64,000 nucleotides of DNA from Candidatus Babelota bacterium (GTDB lineage: Bacteria; Babelota; Babeliae; Babelales; Vermiphilaceae): the NCBI GenBank assembly GCA_049325595.1, contig JBMOLF010000007.1, positions 1-64,000 on the forward strand. The letters are read 5' to 3'. Both the position numbers and the translations under genes were made by a program. Position 1 is the stretch's first letter. Each line of letters begins with the position of its first letter. Under the pieces are notes generated by a model. It searched no databases. It was not told where the DNA came from and saw nothing but the letters and a program-made list of their open reading frames with translations. This document shows, piece by piece, positions 28,872 to 38,777 of this stretch.

Positions 28872-28987
28872 ATGTCTTTGTTAAAAATAAATGTTAATTA
28901 GTCTTTTTACCGAATTTTATTATTGCTATTAGTAACACAAAACTGCTACCCTTACAATAGAAAAAAGTATATTAATAAGGGGTTTTT

Positions 28988-30877
28988 ATGAAGTTTATTA
29001 CTTATTTTTTTTCATTCTTAATGGCTATAAATGCCATTATCAGTTTGCAGGCTATGGCGCCAGCACAATTATCCAGCCTTCAACAAGAGTTTAAAACAGT
29101 ATTACGTGCTCAAAATTTTGATAGGGCGCAAGAAATTGTTTCTACATTAGAAAACGCCGGTGCGCGTGCTATTGCATTACCCCTTAAAGCAGAGCTTGAA
29201 GCAGCGCTTAAAGAATATGCTATTGCTTTTGGTGCAGACATTAGTACACAATTTGCAAGAGTTAAGCAAGATCTATTAGCCCAACAAGATCAAAATAGAA
29301 AAAATACCGTGCTCATAGAGCAATTGCGTAAAGAATTAAAAGCTGCTCATAGTGAAGGCGCAGATTTGCAAAATCAGTTTAATCGAATTGAAAAAGAATA
29401 TAACGATGCTATTAAATCTCGTACTAAAATTGAAACAGATTTACGTAATCTTAATATAAATTTGCAAAATCAAGCAAATAATTACCTGCGTCAAATAAAT
29501 CAAATACAGCAAGAAGCTGCCGATCGGGAAAACCGAATTGCTCAAGAATTGCGTGATGCAAGAACAGAATTTAATACACTCAGAATTGAGCGCGATCAAG
29601 CGCAGCAGCAATTAAGCCAAGCATTGCAGGTAAACAAAACAACTCGAAGCGAATTTGAAACTAATTTTAATCAACTACGTGAACAACTTCAAAAAGATTA
29701 TGATGCGCGTATAAAACAATTACAGCAAACTATCGAGGTAGCAAATAATACTATTAATAATTTACAAGATCAATTAAGAAATAAATCTGCTGATACTGCT
29801 TTAAAAAATGAAAATATCCGTTTAGCAACTGAAAATCGTGGTTTCCAACAAAGAATTGCTCAACTAGAACAAGATCTTGCCAAGGCATTAGCTGATTCAT
29901 TAGCAAAAGATCAGCAATTAGTAACACTTAAAACACAAGAAGAGGCGCAGCGTAAAAAAGTAGAAGGCGAGCTTGGAGCTGCACAAATACAAATACAGCA
30001 ATTGCAAAAAGATATCATTGAACTTAACAATCTGGTTGCGGCAAGAGATCAACAAATTAATCAATTAAATAAAGATTTAAAAGCTCAATTTGATCTCGTT
30101 GAGCAAGCACAAGATAATGCTCGAGTGCGTATTGAACAGAAAGATAAGCAATTAAATGAAGCACGCGCACAAATTGCTCAGTTAAATCAGCAATTACAAC
30201 AAGCAGCACAGGGTCAACCTGCTGATTTAGTAGCCCAAAATGCATTGCTCAGTGAGCAGATAATATCTTTACAAGCCCAGCTCAAATATAAAGAAGATTT
30301 TCTAAGCTCCGCAAGAGAATATGCAGATCTTATGCAGCGTCAAAAGCGTGATGCAACTTTTAAATTAATAGATGTGCAACGTGAGCGTGATACTGCGCAA
30401 AAACAGCTTGAACAGGCAAGAAAAAATGCACAGGAGAATGCAACTCGACTAGAAAGAGAAAAACAGCAATTAGAACAACAAGTTCGTCAAGTTAATGCAG
30501 AGTTGCAACAACGGTTAGCACAAGCAGAAGAGACATTTAATAAAACGTTGCAAGACGCTATTGCGCAAAAAGATGAAGAAATTAAAAAATTACAGGATCG
30601 AATTTTAGAGTATGCCGATAAAATTAAAGATTTAACATTGCAACTTGAGCAAGCGCCGAAAGCTCCGATAGCCCAACCAAGCGAGCAAGTTATTCAATTG
30701 CAACAGCAAATTAATACTATAGAAACTGCACTAAATAATGTACTAATTTTCTTCCAACAACGATTCTTGCCTAGCATTTCAGGAATGTTGCCAACAATTA
30801 CACCACAAGATACCGCAGAAATGCAAAATAAACTTGATGCTATAATAAAATTGATTAAAGGATCAAATAAGAAATAA
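28988..30877 (+). CDS. Exported very long coiled-coil protein
   Basis: Signal peptide; Q/E/L/A-rich heptads over roughly 500 aa; LENAGARAIA motif shared with 27911..28819. Confidence 0.8.
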   Translation: MKFITYFFSFLMAINAIISLQAMAPAQLSSLQQEFKTVLRAQNFDRAQEIVSTLENAGARAIALPLKAELEAALKEYAIAFGADISTQFARVKQDLLAQQDQNRKNTVLIEQLRKELKAAHSEGADLQNQFNRIEKEYNDAIKSRTKIETDLRNLNINLQNQANNYLRQINQIQQEAADRENRIAQELRDARTEFNTLRIERDQAQQQLSQALQVNKTTRSEFETNFNQLREQLQKDYDARIKQLQQTIEVANNTINNLQDQLRNKSADTALKNENIRLATENRGFQQRIAQLEQDLAKALADSLAKDQQLVTLKTQEEAQRKKVEGELGAAQIQIQQLQKDIIELNNLVAARDQQINQLNKDLKAQFDLVEQAQDNARVRIEQKDKQLNEARAQIAQLNQQLQQAAQGQPADLVAQNALLSEQIISLQAQLKYKEDFLSSAREYADLMQRQKRDATFKLIDVQRERDTAQKQLEQARKNAQENATRLEREKQQLEQQVRQVNAELQQRLAQAEETFNKTLQDAIAQKDEEIKKLQDRILEYADKIKDLTLQLEQAPKAPIAQPSEQVIQLQQQINTIETALNNVLIFFQQRFLPSISGMLPTITPQDTAEMQNKLDAIIKLIKGSNKK

Positions 30878-30885
30878 ATCACACC

Positions 30886-30923
30886 TAATAAAAAGGGCCG
30901 GATAAAACCGGCCCTTTTTATTA
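30886..30923. terminator. Bidirectional terminator between convergent genes
   Basis: TAATAAAAAGGGCCGG-ATAAAA-CCGGCCCTTTTTATTA. Confidence 0.88.
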
Positions 30924-33467
30924 TCACTCACCGTGACATTTTTTATATTTTTTTCCTGAGCCACAAGGACATGGGTCATTGCGACCAGCTTTTGATTCAG
31001 CACGTGCTTCTTGCTGTTGGCCTGGAGCTTGGCCAGGATTTTCTGATGGTGCGCTAAAATTCATACGATCAAATTCGCGCTCACGTTTTTCTTCAAGCTC
31101 TGCTTGATCAAAACGTTCAATATTCAAGTGGAAGAGGTGATGCGTAACCGTGCGACGCACTTCGTCCATCATATCTTTGAACATATCAAATGCTTCGCGC
31201 TTATATTCAATTAAAGGATTTTTTTGGCTAAAGCTACGCAGACCAATACCTTCTTTTAAGTGATCAAGATTGTACATGTGTTGTTTCCATGCTTGATCAA
31301 GTGCTTCTAAGAGCAACCATTTTTCAGCACTACGAATAATTTCGAGTGGACGTTGGTTGCGATACAAAGTGTATTGCTCAAGTATATAATTACCAAGATC
31401 GCTTGCAAGAGCAGCTTGAGTAGTAGGTTTAATACCAACTTTGGTAATTGTTTCAAGCGGTATGCCAGTAATTTGGCTGACTTCTTGTAAGATATTGTCA
31501 AATTCATCTTGGGATACAATTCTTGATTTGCTATAACGAGAAATAATGTTTGACATAGTTTGTAGTAACAAGTCGCGCACTAGTTCAAATATTTGTTCTT
31601 CGCCCTCAAGAATTGATCGACGATATTTGTAAATTACAATACGTTGTTGGTTAAGTACATCGTCATATTCAAGTAAATATTTACGTGCTTCAAAGTTTTG
31701 TTTTTCAACACGCTCTTGAGACCATTCAATTACTTTTGATACTGAACGATCTTCAATAACTTCGTCCTCTTTCATGCCAGCGCGTTCCATGTATTTTTTT
31801 AAACGATCACCAGCAAAGCGACGAATTAAATCGTCTTCAAGTGAAATGTAAAAGCGAGATTCGCCCGGATCGCCCTGACGGCCAGAACGACCACGGAGCT
31901 GATTGTCAATACGACGACTTTCATGGCGCTCGGTGCCAAGAATGTATAATCCACCGGCTTCAAGGGAATCTTTGGTAAGTTTAATATCAGTACCGCGACC
32001 AGCCATGTTGGTGGCAATAGTAACACGACCAGGTTCACCAGCATGTGCTACAATTTCTGCTTCACGGGCATGGTTTTTTGCATTAAGCACTTCGTGCGGA
32101 ATGCCGTTGGCCGTAAGTATTTGGCTTAATAATTCTGACTTTTCGATTGCAATGGTACCAATCAAAACTGGCTGACGTTTTTCATAACGCTCTTTAATAT
32201 CTTTTACAATTGCTTCGTATTTTGCTTGGTTTGATAAGAATATTAAATCAGGTTTATCAAGACGAATCATTGGGCGATTGGTTGGTACTGAAACAACATC
32301 GAGCTTGTAAATTTTGTAAAACTCTTCAGCCTCGGTCATAGCAGTACCTGTCATACCAGCAAGCTTTTTGTACAATCTAAAATAATTTTGTAAAGTAATG
32401 GCAGCAAGAGTTTGACTTTCTTTTTCAATCTCAACGCGCTCTTTTGCTTCGATTGCTTGGTGCAAGCCATCGCTGTATCGTCTACCAGACAATATACGCC
32501 CCGTAAACTCATCAACAATTAAAACTTCGCCATCCATTACTGCATAGTCAACATCACGTTTAAAAATAACATGCGCGCGTAATGCTTGATGAATGTGATG
32601 TAATAAATTTAAATGCTCAATAGCATACAGATTAGTGATTCGCAATGCCTGTTCAATTTTATCATTACCACTTTCGGTGAGTTGTACCGTGCGCGCTTTT
32701 TCATCAACTTCAAAATCAGTATCGCGGCTTAAGCGGCGTACTATTTGATCGGCAATAACATAGAGTTTGCCTTCTTCGTCAGTTGCGCCGGAGATAATCA
32801 GAGGTGTACGAGCTTCATCAATTAAAATTGAGTCAACTTCATCGACGATTGCATAATTTAGATCACGTTGCACATAATCTTCTAATCTAAATTTCATATT
32901 GTCGCGTAGATAGTCAAAACCAAATTGGCTATTGGTTCCATATAGAATATCGCAGGCATATTGCTTTTTGCGTTCTTCATCATTCATATCATGTTGCAAG
33001 CAACCAACAGAAAGCCCTAAGAAATTAAATATTGGAGACATCCACTCTGAGTCACGACGCGCAAGATAATCATTAACGGTAACTAAGTGTGCGCCTTTAC
33101 CCTCAAGAGCATTAAGATACAATGGTAATGTTGCTGTGAGCGTTTTACCTTCACCAGTTTTCATTTCAGAAATTTTACCTTGATGCAAAACAATACCACC
33201 AATGAGTTGTACATCAAAATGGCGCTGGCCCAGCTTACGTTTTGATACTTCACGTACTACTGCAAATGCTTCGGGCAAAATATCATTAAGCGTTTTGCCT
33301 TGTGCTAATTGTTCTCTAAATTCATTTGTTTTTGCAGCTAACTCAGCGTCATTTAAGCTGCTTATATGCCCTTCAAAATTGTTAATTTTGTCTACTAATG
33401 GTTTGATGAGCCTCAATTGTCGGGCGTTGTTTGTTCCAAGAACCAGAGCCAATATGCGCGCAATCAT
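30924..33467 (-). CDS. secA: Preprotein translocase subunit SecA
   Basis: MKTGEGKT, DEVDSILIDEARTPLIISG, ATNMAGRGTDI, SEC-C motif GRNDPCPCGSGKKYKKCH. Confidence 0.98.
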   Translation of the reverse strand: MIARILALVLGTNNARQLRLIKPLVDKINNFEGHISSLNDAELAAKTNEFREQLAQGKTLNDILPEAFAVVREVSKRKLGQRHFDVQLIGGIVLHQGKISEMKTGEGKTLTATLPLYLNALEGKGAHLVTVNDYLARRDSEWMSPIFNFLGLSVGCLQHDMNDEERKKQYACDILYGTNSQFGFDYLRDNMKFRLEDYVQRDLNYAIVDEVDSILIDEARTPLIISGATDEEGKLYVIADQIVRRLSRDTDFEVDEKARTVQLTESGNDKIEQALRITNLYAIEHLNLLHHIHQALRAHVIFKRDVDYAVMDGEVLIVDEFTGRILSGRRYSDGLHQAIEAKERVEIEKESQTLAAITLQNYFRLYKKLAGMTGTAMTEAEEFYKIYKLDVVSVPTNRPMIRLDKPDLIFLSNQAKYEAIVKDIKERYEKRQPVLIGTIAIEKSELLSQILTANGIPHEVLNAKNHAREAEIVAHAGEPGRVTIATNMAGRGTDIKLTKDSLEAGGLYILGTERHESRRIDNQLRGRSGRQGDPGESRFYISLEDDLIRRFAGDRLKKYMERAGMKEDEVIEDRSVSKVIEWSQERVEKQNFEARKYLLEYDDVLNQQRIVIYKYRRSILEGEEQIFELVRDLLLQTMSNIISRYSKSRIVSQDEFDNILQEVSQITGIPLETITKVGIKPTTQAALASDLGNYILEQYTLYRNQRPLEIIRSAEKWLLLEALDQAWKQHMYNLDHLKEGIGLRSFSQKNPLIEYKREAFDMFKDMMDEVRRTVTHHLFHLNIERFDQAELEEKREREFDRMNFSAPSENPGQAPGQQQEARAESKAGRNDPCPCGSGKKYKKCHGE

Positions 33468-33577
33468 TAAAGATCCTTCCAGCACTAATTTGCATCGTTA
33501 TCAAGCAGATAATCTATCACAGCCAATGTAACATAAAAGCTGCTATGCCTCAACCATTGGCACTTTTGAAAATCGCA

Positions 33578-34294
33578 TTAGCATGCGATGCTTACAACGC
33601 TCATTTGTCGAGCTGTGTTTTTGTCTCGGCGGTATGAGCAAAATTGAGTATTGCACATAGTGCATATATTATACTCGGTAAATATGTGGTGTTTGGATAT
33701 ACCAAATTCATATAATTGCTCGATATTGTATTGGGTGTTATCAAAAAATAATTTTTCCTGACGGGTTTTAAAAACTAAATTATGATATTTTGTTGGAATG
33801 TTTTGCGCAAAATCTTCTTGTACTTCATAGCAACACGGCTTTGCTGCTGGGCCAAAAATAACGGTTACATCTTCCAGTGAAGTTGCACATATTTTTTGCA
33901 AGTGCTCAAGTGTATGAATTACAATTTTTTGTACCGATCCGCGCCAACCAGCATGAACAACAGCGCATGCATTATGTTTGGTATCTAAGATGATAATGGG
34001 CAAACAATCAGCAGACATAACACCAATGCCTACCTGTGGTATTTGGGTAATTAAGTAATCGCCTTTTAAATTAAACGCTGGCGTTTGAAGAAATTTAGAA
34101 GTTACTACGTGCCCATCTATGCCATGAACTTGATGCGAAAACATTACATGTTTAATGGAGAGTTTATTTTTAAGATGTGAAAATGATGGTAAAGATAATA
34201 AATTTGGCTGATTAAGATTTAAATAATAATCAGTTGTTAAATTGTCTGATTTATCACCAAAATAAATATTAAATTGTTTGTGCTGAATAATCAT
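33578..34294 (-). CDS. pgeF: Peptidoglycan editing factor PgeF/YfiH
   Basis: QVHG, ADCLPI, HAGWRG, CCYEV, CTMC..SYRR. Confidence 0.92.
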   Translation of the reverse strand: MIIQHKQFNIYFGDKSDNLTTDYYLNLNQPNLLSLPSFSHLKNKLSIKHVMFSHQVHGIDGHVVTSKFLQTPAFNLKGDYLITQIPQVGIGVMSADCLPIIILDTKHNACAVVHAGWRGSVQKIVIHTLEHLQKICATSLEDVTVIFGPAAKPCCYEVQEDFAQNIPTKYHNLVFKTRQEKLFFDNTQYNIEQLYEFGISKHHIFTEYNICTMCNTQFCSYRRDKNTARQMSVVSIAC

Positions 34295-34399
34295 GAAAAA
34301 CCTTATTTTTTTCTTATTAACATAATGTTTTTTCTTGCAAGACACTAGCCTCTACATGGTATAATTTCTAATAGAAATAAACCTAGGGGGAGATTTACT

Positions 34400-34795
34400 A
34401 TGAAAAAATTATTATTAATAGCATTAAGCTTAGTAAGCTTACAAGTTATTGCCGACGATATAATTAAAAAACCAACCTTAGCATTGTCGCGCAGCGCAGA
34501 ATTAGAAGCAGCTGAGCGCGGCATAGAATTAATCGAAAACAATGATCTTGTTTCTTTAGAACGAATGTTAGCAGGTGGTTATAGTGCAAATTTAAAAGAT
34601 GAAAGAGGGTTATCGTTAGCTGAAGTGGCGGTAATTAACGGAAATATTCCGGCATTACAATTGCTCAAACGTTATGGCGCAGATTTTACGGGGCTATTAG
34701 GTTATGCCATTAAATTGAATGATGTTTTTAAAGATGAACAAACACAAAAAGCTATCGATTATCTTAAACAGACTGGCTGGTCGGTAGTTGATTAA
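34400..34795 (+). CDS. Secreted ankyrin protein (array member 1, ankyrin module only)
   Basis: Signal peptide; GLSLAEVAVINGNIPALQLLKRYGAD. Confidence 0.8.
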   Translation: MKKLLLIALSLVSLQVIADDIIKKPTLALSRSAELEAAERGIELIENNDLVSLERMLAGGYSANLKDERGLSLAEVAVINGNIPALQLLKRYGADFTGLLGYAIKLNDVFKDEQTQKAIDYLKQTGWSVVD

Positions 34796-34825
34796 TAAAA
34801 ATTACTTTTTATTGGAGAATAAAAC

Positions 34826-35569
34826 ATGAAGAAATTGTTATTGCTGGGCCTAAACTTGATAAGCTTATCATGTTTTAGTATGGAAAAAGCGCAGCAACCA
34901 TTTCCATGGCAAGAATTACCATTAGATGTACAAAGGCTAATTATAGTTCCGGCAGCAACAAGAATAAATGAGATAGTGTCACAATCTAAAAATATTTCTG
35001 AATTAATCACTGAATTTAAACAATTTATAAATCAAATAAGTACTTTACGATTGGTAAATAAAGATTTATTAAATAAATTTGGTTATGGTAATTTACAAAA
35101 AATTACGAATGACTTTTTGGATGCCCTCAACAAAAAATTTCCAGGTCAGGAAGTGCGTATTGCACGTGCGCTCAATAATGAATATGCAAAAGAATGGTTA
35201 AAAAGCATAAATCCAGAAGTAAGTTATAAAATAATTCGTCCTTCTATTAAAGATGCTGATCAAGCTTCAAAATACATTGTCAAAGGCAAATTGCAAGAAT
35301 TAGAAAGTTGGCTTAATAAAGGCTTTGATCCTAATGCTATCGATTCTGAGTCAATGAGTTTACTAGGCGCTGCTATTAGTAATAGATCGCTACCAACTAT
35401 TAAATTATTAATAAAGTATGGAGCAAATAGTAATGAATATATCCCCTATTATGATTTCAAGGCTTTGGGGTATGCCAAATATTTAAGAGATAGCGTATAT
35501 GGTTACAATCCTAAATTAAAACAAGAAATGGATGCCATCATTACTTACCTTGAATCGCTAGAACAATAA
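34826..35569 (+). CDS. Secreted ankyrin protein with F-box-like N-terminus (array member 2)
   Basis: Signal then ME; WQELPLDVQRLII..TLRLVNK; KFPGQEVRIA; GFDPNA ankyrin. Confidence 0.8.
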   Translation: MKKLLLLGLNLISLSCFSMEKAQQPFPWQELPLDVQRLIIVPAATRINEIVSQSKNISELITEFKQFINQISTLRLVNKDLLNKFGYGNLQKITNDFLDALNKKFPGQEVRIARALNNEYAKEWLKSINPEVSYKIIRPSIKDADQASKYIVKGKLQELESWLNKGFDPNAIDSESMSLLGAAISNRSLPTIKLLIKYGANSNEYIPYYDFKALGYAKYLRDSVYGYNPKLKQEMDAIITYLESLEQ

Positions 35570-35604
35570 CTTAGATGTTTGTTTTTTGCTTAAGGGCTAA
35601 GAGT

Positions 35605-36315
35605 ATGATGAAAAAAATAGTATTTATATTTCTTTCAGTGCCTATTTTTCATATAACTGGCATGGAGCAAAACCAACCAACTTACCCATTAAATGAACTA
35701 CCGGCAGATATGCAGCAGGTAATATTGCTCAACATGTCAGCAGCTGCGGCATCTCAAGCGGAAAATGTTATTGCAGCGGTGCAAGCATTTAAAAAACTAG
35801 GTAATGTAAGTAAATTTTTTATGAGCAAAGCCAGTGTATTTAATTTCTTAAATGCTGCTAAAGAAAAATTCTTGGGGCAGGAAGGGAGAATAGCTCGCTT
35901 ACTTAACAATGAATATGCAAAAGAATGGTTAAAAAATATTAAACCTGAGCTTAAGCGTTATAAAATGCGCTATCCAAATCAAAAAGAACTTTTTGCTGCA
36001 ACAAATTTTATTAAAAAAAATCAACTTGATTTATTAAAGCAATGGCTTGATCAAGGATTTGATCCTAATGCAATAGGAACTGAAGGTCCCTTGATTTTTA
36101 TTGCCATACGGCATCACCATCTAGAGGCGGTAAAGCTTTTAGTTTCTTATGGATTAGATATTAACCTAGGATACCGAGAATTTTTTACCGATCCTCAGCC
36201 GCAAACACCACTGCAATTTGCACAGCAACAAATAAATCAAAATGTTAACAATCCAGCTGTTGTGCAAGTTTTTGAAGAAATTGATGCCTATTTGCGTGCA
36301 AATGGTGCTTTCTAA
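35605..36315 (+). CDS. Secreted ankyrin protein with F-box-like N-terminus (array member 3)
   Basis: Signal then ME; LNELPADMQQVILL..LGNVSK; GFDPNA ankyrin. Confidence 0.8.
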   Translation: MMKKIVFIFLSVPIFHITGMEQNQPTYPLNELPADMQQVILLNMSAAAASQAENVIAAVQAFKKLGNVSKFFMSKASVFNFLNAAKEKFLGQEGRIARLLNNEYAKEWLKNIKPELKRYKMRYPNQKELFAATNFIKKNQLDLLKQWLDQGFDPNAIGTEGPLIFIAIRHHHLEAVKLLVSYGLDINLGYREFFTDPQPQTPLQFAQQQINQNVNNPAVVQVFEEIDAYLRANGAF

Positions 36316-36476
36316 GTAGAAGTGATTTTTATCAATAAAAATACGCTTTAAGTGTCATTTAAATTAATTATTAATCTAATTTTTTCATTGAAAACATAGA
36401 TTCAACTTTGTTAAAATTTTAATAATAGAAAATATTAAATTTTTTATAAAAACATATAGGGAATTGGTAGTTTTCA

Positions 36477-37235
36477 ATGAAGAAAGTAATAATATTAATC
36501 ATGATGATAATGCCCATAATCGGCATGGAAAAACAGTCCGAGCAATTTATTTTTGAAGAATTGCCGCTGGATATGCAAAAATTAATTGCAGTTTCACCGC
36601 AACAAAAAATACGAGAAATAATTACGACATCAAAAAATATTTCTGATGCAGTTGCGCAATTTAAAGACTTTTTGAATCAAGTGCTTACGCTGAGATCGGT
36701 AAGTAAATCAATATTAGAAAAATTTGGTTATGCTGATTTAAAACAAATTGTTTTTACTTTCCTTGATGAATTAAATAAACAATTTTCTGTTCAAAATATG
36801 CCTCTTGAAATTGATCAAAGTGTGCGTATTGCAAATTTATTAAAAAATAATCAATTGGCACAGCAATGGCTTACTGAAAGACGTAGAAAAATTGGATTGG
36901 CTCCTTATATCCCTATTCGGACAGAATCAGATAAAATAAGTGAGGCGATTCTGTTTATTGCCAATAGTAATTTGCAAGACTTAAAGCAATGGTTAGATGC
37001 AGGATATGATCCTCATCGTTTATTGACTAGTGCAATAGTTTCTGGTGATTTACCAGCGCTTAAATTATTAATAGCGTATGGAGCAAATATAAATCATCAA
37101 GTTCGTATCGGAATGCGAAATAAATTATTGCTCTCATATGTCAAAGAGTTAAAAACAAGAACTGAGAACGAAGAATTACGTAGTAAATATTTAGATATTA
37201 TCGCTTATCTTGAATCGGAAGGCGCACAAGAATAA
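36477..37235 (+). CDS. Secreted ankyrin protein with F-box-like N-terminus (array member 4)
   Basis: Signal then ME; FEELPLDMQKLIA..TLRSVSK; LLIAYGANIN. Confidence 0.8.
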   Translation: MKKVIILIMMIMPIIGMEKQSEQFIFEELPLDMQKLIAVSPQQKIREIITTSKNISDAVAQFKDFLNQVLTLRSVSKSILEKFGYADLKQIVFTFLDELNKQFSVQNMPLEIDQSVRIANLLKNNQLAQQWLTERRRKIGLAPYIPIRTESDKISEAILFIANSNLQDLKQWLDAGYDPHRLLTSAIVSGDLPALKLLIAYGANINHQVRIGMRNKLLLSYVKELKTRTENEELRSKYLDIIAYLESEGAQE

Positions 37236-37251
37236 ATATAAGGAGGGGGAT

Positions 37252-37929
37252 ATGAAAAGTATATTTTTTACTGCTTTAATACTTATTACTAATTTAACAA
37301 TTGGTATGGAAAAAGATCAGCCCTTTCCAAATAGGGCTGTTAATACTGATACAGAAAGCACAATTATAAAGCTTGTTAATAATGCTAAAAATCCACTAGA
37401 AGCGATACAAGCATTTAAAAATCTTTTAGTTTCTAAAGAACTGATTACCAATGATAGTAACATATTTAATTTTCTTGCACGGGCTCGTAATAAATTTCCT
37501 GATCAAGAAGTACGTATGGCACGATTATTAAATAATGATTATGCAAAACTTTGGCTTAGTAAAATAAAACCAGCTTTAGAAAGCTATGAATTAATGGAAC
37601 CAAGTAAGTTAGAGCTTAATAAAGCATTTAGTTATATAGAGAAACGACAAATACCACTATTAGCACAATGGCTTAATAAGGGCTTTGATCCTAATGCCCG
37701 CAATGAAGACATGTCGTTACTTTATAAGGCAATAAAATTTGGTGATTTAGATGCTATTAAACAATTAATTAGCTATGGCGCTGATGTTAATCAACCATAT
37801 AATCCAAATTCACCTAATAGACAAACTCCTTTGGGATTAATAACAATTTATCGAAACTTGGGCCTTGGTAATGGTCAAGTTTACCAATTAATTGCTGATT
37901 ATTTAAAAAGTCAGGGAGCAGTCGAATAA
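37252..37929 (+). CDS. Secreted ankyrin protein (array member 5)
   Basis: AGGAGG RBS; signal then ME; KFPDQEVRMARLLNN; GFDPNA; YGADVN. Confidence 0.8.
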   Translation: MKSIFFTALILITNLTIGMEKDQPFPNRAVNTDTESTIIKLVNNAKNPLEAIQAFKNLLVSKELITNDSNIFNFLARARNKFPDQEVRMARLLNNDYAKLWLSKIKPALESYELMEPSKLELNKAFSYIEKRQIPLLAQWLNKGFDPNARNEDMSLLYKAIKFGDLDAIKQLISYGADVNQPYNPNSPNRQTPLGLITIYRNLGLGNGQVYQLIADYLKSQGAVE

Positions 37930-37959
37930 AAAGCACATTACTTATATAACTTGAAAAAG

Positions 37960-37985
37960 AATTCTCAATTAAAAAATTGAGAATT
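37960..37985. promoter_or_regulatory. Perfect 11-bp inverted repeat, candidate operator
   Basis: AATTCTCAATT-AAAA-AATTGAGAATT, 36 bp upstream of 38022. Confidence 0.45.
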
Positions 37986-38021
37986 ATATGTGTGCCGAAG
38001 ACTCAGTAAAAGGGAAAAACG

Positions 38022-38765
38022 ATGTCAAAAAGTTGGCAAATTATCTTTATATCTTGGCTATCATTTTTTCAATTGATTGGTATGGAAAAAAATCCACCCG
38101 AAGCTGACAATTTTTATTTAAGATTGTCTGACAAGGTTATTCAACAAAAAATTGTTGATGAAATTATTGCTACTTCGAATAATGTTCCTGATGCAGTGCA
38201 AGCTTTTATTATGCAATTTGGCCGGCAATTACACATAAATAATAAATTTAACGATAAACATAATCAAGCAGTTGTTTTTGTTTTTCTTAATAATTTATCA
38301 AAAAAATTTCCCAATCAAGAATTGCTCATTACTAGGTTATTGTACCCAGAATATCAGGCAATACAGCACTGGTATTATAGACAAAAAAATCGTAAGCGAA
38401 AAATTCCACTTGTTTTACAGCCAACTGATAAAAAACAGCTAAACAATGCTCTTTTATTTATTGAAGCCAATAATATTCCCGAGCTACATGTCTGGCTAAA
38501 AATGGGCCATGATCCCAATGCCCCAATTAAAGATGGTTCATTGCTTACTCAAGCAATCAGCAAGGGAAGTATTGAAATGGTGCATTTATTAGTTTTGTAT
38601 GGAGCTGATTTATATAGTCTTATAGATATTCCTGGGTATAGATTTCGGGGAACACCTTATGAGTTTTTATTGCACTTGTTAGATAAAACTAATGGAGTTT
38701 ATAAACAACAACTAAATGCTTTAAAAGATTATTTTAACCAGTTAATTAATGTTACGAATGGATAA
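38022..38765 (+). CDS. Secreted ankyrin protein (array member 6)
   Basis: Signal then ME; KKFPNQE; GHDPNA; LLVLYGAD. Confidence 0.8.
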   Translation: MSKSWQIIFISWLSFFQLIGMEKNPPEADNFYLRLSDKVIQQKIVDEIIATSNNVPDAVQAFIMQFGRQLHINNKFNDKHNQAVVFVFLNNLSKKFPNQELLITRLLYPEYQAIQHWYYRQKNRKRKIPLVLQPTDKKQLNNALLFIEANNIPELHVWLKMGHDPNAPIKDGSLLTQAISKGSIEMVHLLVLYGADLYSLIDIPGYRFRGTPYEFLLHLLDKTNGVYKQQLNALKDYFNQLINVTNG

Positions 38766-38777
38766 GGAATTAAGAAA

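Noticed and set aside
27911..30877. SMC or other ATPase annotation for the coiled-coil proteins
   Set aside because: No Walker motifs or hinge, and both have signal peptides
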